Source of the DNA: Candidatus Nealsonbacteria bacterium
GTDB taxonomy: Bacteria; Patescibacteriota; Minisyncoccia; Minisyncoccales; PWPS01
Direction: 5' to 3'
DNA length: 64,000 nt
Assembly: GCA_003551425.1 (NCBI GenBank)
Contig: PUMP01000059.1
Coordinates: forward strand, 1,369 to 65,368
In this document: piece after piece, positions 41,054-48,968 of the stretch
Layout of the letters: every line of letters starts with the position of its first letter
Numbering within the stretch: the first letter of the stretch is position 1
Position numbers and translations under genes: made by a program
Notes under the pieces: generated by a model
What the model was told of the DNA's origin: nothing
What the model saw: only the letters and a program-made list of their open reading frames with translations
Database searches by the model: none

Positions 41054-42502
41054 ATGCAAATTCCGGAAATAATAAGGGGAATAATAAAAAAACTGGAAGA
41101 TAACGGGTTTGAAGGATATATGGTAGGAGGGTGTGTTCGCGATATTTTACTCGGGAAAGCTCCCGAGGACTTTGATATTGCGACGGACGCGAAACCGCAA
41201 GAGATAGAAAAATTGTTCAAGAAGAGTTTTTCGGACAATAACTTCGGAACAGTTACCGTAATATCGGATACGGAAGAAAAAAGCCTGCGGGAGGTTCAAA
41301 TCACTCCTTATCGCACGGAAAGGGAATATAAGGACAAGAGACACCCGGAGAAGGTATTTTTTACAAAGAATATAAAGGAAGATCTAAAAAGGAGAGATTT
41401 TACCATCAATGCGATGGCGATGAGCAAAGAAGAAGAGATCATCGACCCCTATAACGGAAGAGAAGACTTGAAAAATAAAATAATAAGGGCGGTAGGAAGC
41501 CCCGAAGAAAGGCTTGCCGAAGACGCTTTGCGACTTATGCGTGTGGTGAGATTCGCTTCCACTTTGAATTTCTCCATTGAAAAGAACACAAAAGAAGCGG
41601 TTAAAAACAATGCTGATCTTTTGCAAAAAATATCGAAAGAAAGAATAAGGGACGAGTTTGTAAAGATTGTAATGGCGGAAAAGGCGGCGGAAGGGGTAGA
41701 AGAGCTCCGCCGCATGGGACTTTTAGGGCATTTTCTTCCCGAATTGCTTGAGGGTTATAAGGTGGCACAAAACAAGCACCATATTTATGATTGTTACGAA
41801 CATGCCATTGAGTCTCTAAGATATGCCGCTAAGAAAGGCTTCGGTATGCACGTAAGAATGGCTGCTCTTTTGCACGATATAGGAAAGCCGAGAGTAAAAA
41901 GAGGAGAGGGAGAGGATGCTGTTTTTTACAATCATGAAATTGTCGGGGCAAAAATAACAAAAGAAATTTTAAAGAGACTTAAATTTAAACGTAAGGACAT
42001 AGAAAAGATCGTTCTTTTGGTGCGCTATCATCTGTTTTACTATAATGTGGGAGAGGTCTCCGAAAGTTCCGTAAGAAGGCTTCTTAGAAAAGTGGGGAAA
42101 GAAAATATGGAAGAACTTTTAGAGGTAAGAATGGCGGACAGAATAGGTTCCGGGGTTCCGAAAGCGGAGCCGTACAAATTGCGTCACATGCGCTATCTTA
42201 TTGACAAAGTATCGCAAGATCCGATAAATGTTAACATGCTTCAAGTGGGAGGAGAGGACGTGATGGAGATAATGAATACCTCCCCCGGAAAAATAATCGG
42301 GGAAGTATTGTATATATTACTGCTTAAGGTGATAGATAGCCCTGAAAGAAATAAGAAAGATATATTAAGGGAAGAAATAAGAAGAATGAAAGACTGGAGC
42401 GGGGATACAATAGAAAAAGAATCCTGGAAAGCAAAAGAAGAAATAAATAAAATGGAAACAAAGCGCGACGAGATGACGAAAAAGAAGTACTGGGTTACGT
42501 AA
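41054..42502 (+). CDS. cca: CCA-adding tRNA nucleotidyltransferase with an HD domain
   Basis: 'GYMVGGCVRDILLGK.PEDFDIATDA', 'RDFTINAMA' and the HD region 'LLHDIGKP'. Confidence 0.85.
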   Translation: MQIPEIIRGIIKKLEDNGFEGYMVGGCVRDILLGKAPEDFDIATDAKPQEIEKLFKKSFSDNNFGTVTVISDTEEKSLREVQITPYRTEREYKDKRHPEKVFFTKNIKEDLKRRDFTINAMAMSKEEEIIDPYNGREDLKNKIIRAVGSPEERLAEDALRLMRVVRFASTLNFSIEKNTKEAVKNNADLLQKISKERIRDEFVKIVMAEKAAEGVEELRRMGLLGHFLPELLEGYKVAQNKHHIYDCYEHAIESLRYAAKKGFGMHVRMAALLHDIGKPRVKRGEGEDAVFYNHEIVGAKITKEILKRLKFKRKDIEKIVLLVRYHLFYYNVGEVSESSVRRLLRKVGKENMEELLEVRMADRIGSGVPKAEPYKLRHMRYLIDKVSQDPINVNMLQVGGEDVMEIMNTSPGKIIGEVLYILLLKVIDSPERNKKDILREEIRRMKDWSGDTIEKESWKAKEEINKMETKRDEMTKKKYWVT

Positions 42503-42504
42503 GG

Positions 42505-42990
42505 CTATCCATTTTCAGGATAGTAGCTCCAAGAGATATATGTGGCAGTAACTTCATCTACAAAGGAGTCTTCTTCGATGTCGACATAAACTGCAATTAT
42601 ATGATCTTCTTTAACATAATCAAAAGCGGGTAACCCTTCTTTTTCTTCTGGCAGGTCTACGTAGTGCGTATAGGTATCGTCAATAAATTCTGTCTCTTCG
42701 GTTACATTCACTTTGACATTTATTCTTTCATAGGTGTCTTCTTCCAGCTCCATTATTTCTTCTTCGGGCGTTCCCTCAAACTGTCTTGTGTCTATGGTTT
42801 CCATGATAAAATAATCTTCTCCGAGAGAGACAACAAATCCCCTGGTGAGGGAAAGAAAGTACTCTATCTCTTCATCGGACATATCCTTTTTTATATTAGG
42901 CTCTTCTTCAGGTTTTTCAAACCAAAGAAGAAAGAGCAAGGTGATAAGCAGTATTAATAAAAAAATTATTGTTACTCTGGTTTTATTCAT
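42505..42990 (-). CDS. Hypothetical membrane-anchored acidic protein (161 aa)
   Basis: N-terminal TM 'VTIIFLLILLITLLFLLWF' followed by a D/E-rich soluble domain. I recognise no motif. Confidence 0.5.
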   Translation of the reverse strand: MNKTRVTIIFLLILLITLLFLLWFEKPEEEPNIKKDMSDEEIEYFLSLTRGFVVSLGEDYFIMETIDTRQFEGTPEEEIMELEEDTYERINVKVNVTEETEFIDDTYTHYVDLPEEKEGLPAFDYVKEDHIIAVYVDIEEDSFVDEVTATYISWSYYPENG

Positions 42991-43061
42991 ATTGCTTTAC
43001 TTAAGATTATAAAACTTTTTATCATTCTTTAATATTTATGACTTTCTGTCAAGCAAAAGGG

Positions 43062-43089
43062 TTGATATAATTGTAAGTTATAATAGAAT
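43062..43089 (+). promoter_or_regulatory. Candidate promoter (TTGATA-16-TAGAAT)
   Basis: Hexamers at 43062..43067 and 43084..43089, 10 nt upstream of the ATG of the Ntn-hydrolase gene. This implies a very short leader. Confidence 0.4.
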
Positions 43090-43098
43090 TAAGCAAGT

Positions 43099-44034
43099 AT
43101 GTCTCTAGTAATAAATGCGACAATTCCGGAAGGCATCATTTTGGCCGCGGACAGCAGGCAGTCTTTTCGTAATCGCAAAGGAATGGCTCGCATCGGTTCC
43201 GATAACGCTTCGAAGATTTTTCAAATTAATAGCAAAGTGGGTGTTGGCGTTACCGGACTTGCTTTTTTGCCGGAAGACGGAGTAATGAAGAATATCAGTA
43301 AATTCATTGATGTTTTTAAGCATAAAACGGAGACAGAAGATATGACCGTACAAGAGATCGCTGAAAAGCTGCACTTTCTTTTCAGTAAAAAATATGATTA
43401 TAAGAGGCAACTAAGAAGAATAACGGAAAAAGTGGAGAATGATCTTAAAAGACAAGGGGCTGAAATCATAGAGAAAAAAGAGAATGAAGAATTTACAATA
43501 ATTCGTTTTAAAGACGCCGAGGAGAGAGAAAAAGAGACCAGGGTCGGAGTTGATATGATAAAACTTATGGTCTCCGGGTATAACAGTGACGGAAACCATG
43601 AAGTTTATACCTGCCATATTCCGGGCAAAGTTCAAAAAGTAAGAGATGGAAATGAAAAAGGGAAAGAGTATGGGTCTTCGTGGATAGGGCAAACAGATGT
43701 GGTTTCAAGAATTGTTTTAGGTTTTGACGGTAGAGTCGGTAACCTTGATTTTGTAAGTAAAGCGGTACAAGAGAAAGGCAAAGAAGAGATCAATAAACAA
43801 CTAAGAAATTTAGAGTATGTTATCCAGTGGGGGACGATGACAGTGCAAGATGCGGTTGATTTTTGTGTTCTTATGGTTCAGAGTACTTCTGCTATTCAAC
43901 GGTTCTCAGACGGAATAAAGGGCGATCCGGGAGATATGCCCGGTGTCGGAGGGCCCGTTGACGTGGCTGTTATTACCCCGGAGAAAGGATTTGTTTGGGT
44001 AAAAAGAAAAAAGATAAACGTTGAAGAGGACTAA
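43099..44034 (+). CDS. Proteasome-beta/HslV-like Ntn-hydrolase-fold protein with a charged insertion (311 aa)
   Basis: The N-terminus 'M-SLVINATIPEGIILAADSR.....ASKIFQIN.KVGVGVTGLA' lines up with the beta-subunit pattern (nucleophile at mature residue 1, acidic residue in 'LAAD', Lys in 'K[LI]FQI'). 'LMVSGYNSDGNHEVY' resembles the 'GG.D..GP.LY' segment. Confidence 0.45.
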   Translation: MSLVINATIPEGIILAADSRQSFRNRKGMARIGSDNASKIFQINSKVGVGVTGLAFLPEDGVMKNISKFIDVFKHKTETEDMTVQEIAEKLHFLFSKKYDYKRQLRRITEKVENDLKRQGAEIIEKKENEEFTIIRFKDAEEREKETRVGVDMIKLMVSGYNSDGNHEVYTCHIPGKVQKVRDGNEKGKEYGSSWIGQTDVVSRIVLGFDGRVGNLDFVSKAVQEKGKEEINKQLRNLEYVIQWGTMTVQDAVDFCVLMVQSTSAIQRFSDGIKGDPGDMPGVGGPVDVAVITPEKGFVWVKRKKINVEED

Positions 44035-44039
44035 GAAGG

Positions 44040-44115
44040 CGGGCCGTGGTGTAACGGCTAACATGCACGATTCGGGTTCGTGTGATTCCGGGTTCGAATC
44101 CCGGCGGCCCGACCA
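44040..44115 (+). tRNA. tRNA-Pro(CGG), CCA encoded
   Basis: Acceptor CGGGCCG/CGGCCCG, anticodon stem CACGA/TCGTG with loop TTCGGGT, T-arm CCGGG-TTCGAAT-CCCGG. Confidence 0.9.
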
Positions 44116-44119
44116 CGAT

Positions 44120-44194
44120 GGGCCCATAGCTCAGACAGGCTAGAGCGCTTGCTTCGCATGCAAGAGGTCGCCGGTTCGATTCCGGCTGGGTCCA
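44120..44194 (+). tRNA. tRNA-Ala(CGC)
   Basis: Acceptor GGGCCCA/TGGGTCC with G3:U70, anticodon stem CTTGC/GCAAG with loop TTCGCAT. Confidence 0.9.
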
Positions 44195-44201
44195 CTTTCA
44201 T

Positions 44202-44229
44202 TTGACAAAGAGAAATATTTTGTTACAAT
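44202..44229 (+). promoter_or_regulatory. Near-consensus promoter (TTGACA-16-TACAAT) for nusA
   Basis: Exact -35 at 44202..44207 and -10 at 44224..44229. A ~65-nt leader follows, containing a hairpin and a 9-nt direct repeat. Confidence 0.5.
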
Positions 44230-44300
44230 ACAAAGCAGTTGAGAAGTTTTGTATTGTCCGTTGAGAAGCGGACAATATTTGTTAATAAAAAGATTAATTC

Positions 44301-45425
44301 ATGGATATAAAATCATTTGCATCAGCGGTTTCTCAGATTACTACGGAGAAAGAGATTCCTGAAGAAAAGATGATAGAGATTGTCGAGCAAGCAGTAGCAA
44401 CCGCTTACAAAAAAGAATACAGAGAGAAAGGTGAAGTAGTAAAAGCAAAAGTTGACCCTAAAACGGGAGAGGCGAACTTTTGGCTAGTAAAGACAGTTGT
44501 CGACGAAACAACAGCTAATTTTGACGAAGAAGAAGAGAAAGAAGAGGAAGAGGACGAAAAAGTGCAGTATAACCCCAAAAGACACATTACACTGGAAGAT
44601 GCAAAAAAGATAAAGCCCGACGCTGTTTTAGGAGAGGAAATTGAGACCTTACTGGAGAAAAAAGAAGATTTTGGAAGAATCGCCGCTCAAACCGCAAAAC
44701 AGGTTATTCTACAGAAAATAAAAGAGACGGAAAGAGAGCTTATCTTTAACGAATATAAAGACAAAGAAGGAGAGGTTATTTCCGGTATAGTACAAAGAAT
44801 GGAGGGAAGAAATGTTCTAATTGATATAGGAAAGGTTCTTGGGATATTGCATGGGGATGAACAAATCCCGGGAGAAAATTATCGTCCGGGACAGAGATAC
44901 AAAGTTTATGTTTTAAGTGTGGAAGACAGTTCAAGGGGTCCGAGCGTAGTGCTTTCTCGTGCTTTCCCCAAGCTGCTAACCAAGCTTTTTGAACTGGAAG
45001 TTCCCGAGATTGCCGCAGGAACGGTGGAGATAAGAGCGGTGGCCAGAGAGCCAGGATCACGCGCTAAGATAGCCGTTTATTCTCAGGAAGAGGGAATTGA
45101 TCCGGTAGGAACCGCTGTCGGTCAGCGCGGGACTCGCGTGGGAGCCATCATTTCTGAGCTCAGTGGAGAAAAAATTGATATTATCGAGTACTTTGAGGAC
45201 CCGGTAGAATTTGTTAAAAATGCACTTTCTCCAGCAAAGATTTCAGACGTAGAGATCAAAGAAAACAGAGCGATTGTAACCGTTCCGGAAGATCAACTTT
45301 CTTTGGCTATTGGTAAAGATGGCCAAAATGTCCGCCTTGCGGCAAAGCTTACCGGGTGGAGGATTGATGTAAAAGCTATTGGGAAAGATGAAATAGAAGA
45401 AACCGCGGAAGTAGAAAATAATTAA
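44301..45425 (+). CDS. nusA: Transcription termination/antitermination factor NusA
   Basis: N-terminal domain, an acidic insertion, an S1 domain ('[21 protein letters not shown]') and two KH domains ('[10 protein letters not shown]', '[21 protein letters not shown]'). Confidence 0.9.
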   Translation: MDIKSFASAVSQITTEKEIPEEKMIEIVEQAVATAYKKEYREKGEVVKAKVDPKTGEANFWLVKTVVDETTANFDEEEEKEEEEDEKVQYNPKRHITLEDAKKIKPDAVLGEEIETLLEKKEDFGRIAAQTAKQVILQKIKETERELIFNEYKDKEGEVISGIVQRMEGRNVLIDIGKVLGILHGDEQIPGENYRPGQRYKVYVLSVEDSSRGPSVVLSRAFPKLLTKLFELEVPEIAAGTVEIRAVAREPGSRAKIAVYSQEEGIDPVGTAVGQRGTRVGAIISELSGEKIDIIEYFEDPVEFVKNALSPAKISDVEIKENRAIVTVPEDQLSLAIGKDGQNVRLAAKLTGWRIDVKAIGKDEIEETAEVENN

Positions 45426-45432
45426 AAAATAT

Positions 45433-46023
45433 ATGAATCTTATACCAACAGTAGTAGAAAAAACTCAATACGGCGAAAGAGCCTACGATATTTATTCCAG
45501 GCTGTTAAAGGAGCGTATTATCTTTTTAGGATCACCTATTAACGATAACGTTACAAACTCCATTATTGCCCAGATACTCTTTTTGGCCAGCCAAAGCTCG
45601 CAGAAAGACATTCGCCTTTATATCAACACTCCCGGAGGATCGGTAACGGCAGGAATGGCGATATATGACACTATGCAGTATGTAAAATGTGATGTTTCCA
45701 CCGTTTGTGTAGGAATGGCCGGATCAATGGGGGCAGTACTTCTTGCCGGTGGAGCGGAAGGAAAACGTTTTGCTCTTCCCAATTCCGAAATTCTTTTGCA
45801 TCAAGTAATGGGAGGAGCCAGCGGAGCGGCAGCGGAGATTGAGATTACAGCCAAGCAAATCTTAAAGATTAGAGAGAAACTAAACAAGATATTGGCAAAT
45901 CACACAAAGCAGCCTATTGCAAAGATTCGTAAAGACACGGACAGAGATTTTTATCTTACCCCCGAAGAGGCAAAAGATTACGGCGTAATTGATGCAATGA
46001 TCACGGAGAAAAGAAAAGTGTAA
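45433..46023 (+). CDS. clpP: ATP-dependent Clp protease proteolytic subunit
   Basis: '[19 protein letters not shown]', the catalytic '[11 protein letters not shown]' (Ser) and 'LHQ' (His). Confidence 0.95.
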   Translation: MNLIPTVVEKTQYGERAYDIYSRLLKERIIFLGSPINDNVTNSIIAQILFLASQSSQKDIRLYINTPGGSVTAGMAIYDTMQYVKCDVSTVCVGMAGSMGAVLLAGGAEGKRFALPNSEILLHQVMGGASGAAAEIEITAKQILKIREKLNKILANHTKQPIAKIRKDTDRDFYLTPEEAKDYGVIDAMITEKRKV

Positions 46024-46069
46024 TTGACTTGCACGATAAGGCAGTGGTATTGTTATACGGATAGTTAGT

Positions 46070-46145
46070 CGGGGCATGGTGTAACGGCTAACATGCTCGC
46101 TTTGGGTGCGAGTGATTCTCGGTTCGAATCCGAGTGCCCCGACCA
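46070..46145 (+). tRNA. tRNA-Pro(TGG), CCA encoded
   Basis: Acceptor CGGGGCA/TGCCCCG, anticodon stem CTCGC/GCGAG with loop TTTGGGT. The D-arm region is identical to that of tRNA-Pro(CGG). Confidence 0.9.
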
Positions 46146-46156
46146 AAGAAAGAAGT

Positions 46157-46228
46157 GCGGGCGTTGTATAATGGCTATTACCCAACCCTTCCAAGGTTGT
46201 GATGGCGGTTCGAATCCGCTCGCCCGCT
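46157..46228 (+). tRNA. tRNA-Gly(TCC)
   Basis: Acceptor GCGGGCG/CGCCCGC, anticodon stem CAACC/GGTTG with loop CTTCCAA, T-loop TTCGAAT. Confidence 0.88.
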
Positions 46229-46232
46229 CAAA

Positions 46233-46264
46233 AAAACTCCGCTTATTTCAGCGGAGTTTTAATT
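46233..46264. terminator. Bidirectional rho-independent terminator (AAAACTCCGC-ttatttca-GCGGAGTTTT)
   Basis: A 10-bp stem flanked by an A-run and a T-run. It sits between the tRNA-Gly 3' end and the rny stop at 46265. Confidence 0.65.
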
Positions 46265-47794
46265 TTATCTTGCGTAATCAACAATCCTTTTCTCTCTAAT
46301 CACCGTTACTTTTATCTCTCCCGGGTATTTGAGGTTATCTTGTATTTTTTTCGCTATGCTGCGGGATATTTTTTTTGCTTCCAAGTCACTTATTTCTTCC
46401 GGCCTTACAAAAACCCTTATTTCCCTACCCGCTTGCACGGCATAGGATTTTTCTATGCCCTCAAAAGAATTCGCTACCTCTTCCAGCTCGCTTAGTCTTT
46501 TCAGGTAGTTTTCCAAGGTATCTTTTCTTGCTCCCGGCCTGCTTCCCGATATCGCGTCTGCCGTTTGTACAATTACGGCTTCTATACTTTCGTAAGGATA
46601 TTCTTCGTGGTGAGATTTCATTGCGGTAATAACATCTTCTTCTACTTCAAACTTTTTTAGAACTCTTATTCCGATATCGGCATGAGACCCTTCTATTTGA
46701 TGGTCCAAGGCTTTTCCTATGTCGTGCAAAAGGCCCGCTTTTTTACAAACAGAAGTGTCCGCTCCGATTTCTGCGCCAAGTGCTTCAGCCAAGAAACTTA
46801 CTTCTAAAGAGTGGGCCAGGATATTTTGCCCATAACTGGAACGGAAGAAGAGCCTTCCCAGAAGATTTACCAGTTTCGGGTCAAGATCAATAATTCCCGT
46901 ATCGTAAATTGCCTGCTCTCCCGCTTTCTTGATTTGGTCAGAGACCTCTTCTTCTGCCTTTTCTACGGTTTCTTCTATTCTTGCCGGCTGAATTCTTCCG
47001 TCAAAGATAAGTTTCTCCAAGGCAATTTTAGCTATTTGCCTTCTTATGGGATCAAAACTGGAAATAATTACCGTTTCCGGAGTATCGTCTACTACTATTT
47101 CTGCACCGGTTAACTTTTCCAGTGTTTTGATATTTCTTCCTTCTTTTCCAATAATTCTTCCTTTAATCTCATCGTCGGGAAGCCTGACATTGCTGGTTGT
47201 CAGGTCCTGTACTTGAGATGCGGAGTATTTTTGGACTACGGAAGCAAGTATTTCTTTCGCTCTTTGCAAATAACGATCTTTGCCCTCTTTTTCCAGTTTA
47301 TCGATTCTACTTACTATATCTGTTTCGTAATCTCGCTCTAAGGCTTTGAAAAATTCTTCCTTAGCGTCTTCTTTGGAAAGTCCGGCGATACGTGAAAGCT
47401 CTTCTTCCGCTTGTTTTTGCATTTCATCTATTTGTGCTTTGAGTTCTTTTAAGCGGTGTACCTTTTGGTTTAGAAGAGCCTCTCTTTTCTCATGAGCAGA
47501 TAGTTTATTGTCCAAAGTGTTTTCTCTTTTGAGCAAGAACTTTTCTCTCTTGAAAAGCTCTTCTGTCTTTTCTTCTGTTTCTTTTTTCGCCGTCTCTACT
47601 ATTTCTGTCGCTTTCTTTCTCGCTTCTCCTATTATTTTTTTACTTCTCTTCTTTGCGTAATCAATTCTCTGCTGAACTTTTGTCTCCAGCGTTTTGTGGT
47701 CTCTTTTGGCGATAGATTGCCTGGCATAGTATCCTAAGACAGCGCCGACAACCAAAATTAACGTAGCTACCAAGAGTGTAGTTAAGTGTTCCAT
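46265..47794 (-). CDS. rny: Ribonuclease Y
   Basis: N-terminal TM, a long coiled coil, a KH domain ('IIGKEGRNIKTLEKLTG') and an HD domain ('HSLEV......GLLHDIGKA'). Confidence 0.92.
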   Translation of the reverse strand: MEHLTTLLVATLILVVGAVLGYYARQSIAKRDHKTLETKVQQRIDYAKKRSKKIIGEARKKATEIVETAKKETEEKTEELFKREKFLLKRENTLDNKLSAHEKREALLNQKVHRLKELKAQIDEMQKQAEEELSRIAGLSKEDAKEEFFKALERDYETDIVSRIDKLEKEGKDRYLQRAKEILASVVQKYSASQVQDLTTSNVRLPDDEIKGRIIGKEGRNIKTLEKLTGAEIVVDDTPETVIISSFDPIRRQIAKIALEKLIFDGRIQPARIEETVEKAEEEVSDQIKKAGEQAIYDTGIIDLDPKLVNLLGRLFFRSSYGQNILAHSLEVSFLAEALGAEIGADTSVCKKAGLLHDIGKALDHQIEGSHADIGIRVLKKFEVEEDVITAMKSHHEEYPYESIEAVIVQTADAISGSRPGARKDTLENYLKRLSELEEVANSFEGIEKSYAVQAGREIRVFVRPEEISDLEAKKISRSIAKKIQDNLKYPGEIKVTVIREKRIVDYAR

Positions 47795-47960
47795 ACAAAT
47801 TTTTGACGACTTGATTCTTCAGTAATCTTTTACCCGATTTAAGAGGCCAATAATACTATCTTGAGTGAGTATAGATGTTTCTTTGTTGGCATAAAAATGA
47901 AGTTATTTCGGGCACAAGTTTTAGATGAATTCCAAGTCCAAAGGTTATTATAATATCTTT

Positions 47961-47989
47961 ATAATATCAGAAAAGATGCACTCTGTCAA
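47961..47989 (-). promoter_or_regulatory. Candidate rny promoter (TTGACA-17-TATTAT on the minus strand)
   Basis: The reverse complement of 47984..47989 is TTGACA, and of 47961..47966 is TATTAT. This would give a ~160-nt 5' leader. Confidence 0.4.
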
Positions 47990-48035
47990 AGCCCGCTTTG
48001 TATCCGGCGCTTTTGGTATGGTATAGTTAAAGTTA

Positions 48036-48929
48036 ATGAAAAATAAATTTTTATTGATTGATACGAACTCTATTATTCACAGAGCGTTTCATGCTCTTCC
48101 GCCTCTTACCACAAAAGAAGGAGACCCCGTTGGAGCAATATACGGATCGCTACTTGCGTTCTTCCGTGTTTTTTCCGAGTTCGAGCCGCAGTATGTGGCA
48201 GCCGTTTTTGATTCTCCGGGGAAAACCTTTCGTCACGAAAAGTACGAGAAATATAAAGAGCAGCGCCCCAAAGCCCCGACAGAGCTTATCTTCCAGATAA
48301 AAGAAATGAGAAATGTTTTCCGGGAGATGGGAGTTTCTGTTATGGAAAAAGAAGGATGGGAAGCGGATGATGTCATAGGAACCCTTTCTTCCTTTTCTTC
48401 AAAAGAGATGGAGACAGTTATTGTAAGCGGTGACGGCGATGTCTTGCAACTTGCGCAAGAGAATATAAACATTCATAATTTAAAAAGAGGCGTTAAGGAG
48501 GGGGTTTTTTACGATAAAGAGAAAGTGAAGGAAAGATACGACGGAATCTCTCCGGAAAATATTCCGGATGTTAAAGCTCTTCAAGGAGATCCATCGGATA
48601 ATATACCCGGAGTCGGAGGGATTGGAGAAAAAACAGCCATAAAGCTTATTAAAGAGTTTGGGAACTTAGAAAACTTATATTCCTCTCTTTCTAATATTCA
48701 TTCGGAGAAATTAAAAAAAACTCTTGAAAGTGAAAAAGAGATGGCGTTTTTGAGCAAAGACCTGGCTACGATAAAAAAAGACAGATCTTTCAAGTTTAAT
48801 TTTTCCGATTTTTATTTTGATTATAAAAAGGAAAGAGTAGTTCCAATTTTTGAAAGGTTTGGCTTTAGCAGCCTTATAAAACGTCTTCCCGAAGACGAAA
48901 AGAAAGTTAATTTAGAGTTGGGCATATAA
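48036..48929 (+). CDS. Stand-alone 5'-3' exonuclease / flap endonuclease (Pol I N-terminal-domain homolog)
   Basis: 'LLIDTNSIIHRAFHALP', 'FDSPGKTFRHE.YE.YK..R', 'GWEADDVIGT', 'SGDGDVLQL' and the H3TH motif 'SDNIPGVGGIGEKTA'. No polymerase domain follows. Confidence 0.85.
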   Translation: MKNKFLLIDTNSIIHRAFHALPPLTTKEGDPVGAIYGSLLAFFRVFSEFEPQYVAAVFDSPGKTFRHEKYEKYKEQRPKAPTELIFQIKEMRNVFREMGVSVMEKEGWEADDVIGTLSSFSSKEMETVIVSGDGDVLQLAQENINIHNLKRGVKEGVFYDKEKVKERYDGISPENIPDVKALQGDPSDNIPGVGGIGEKTAIKLIKEFGNLENLYSSLSNIHSEKLKKTLESEKEMAFLSKDLATIKKDRSFKFNFSDFYFDYKKERVVPIFERFGFSSLIKRLPEDEKKVNLELGI

Positions 48930-48968
48930 AAATTGTATTTGAAGCTTTAAAATGTTACTCTTATTAAA

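Noticed and set aside
47795-48035. Possible structured housekeeping ncRNA (SRP RNA, RNase P RNA, 6S or tmRNA) in the 241-nt spacer.
   Set aside because: I could not find the diagnostic conserved motifs: the RNase P 'GAGGAAAGUCC', the tmRNA tRNA-like end with CCA, or the SRP domain IV GNAR tetraloop context. Promoter-like hexamers explain the spacer better.
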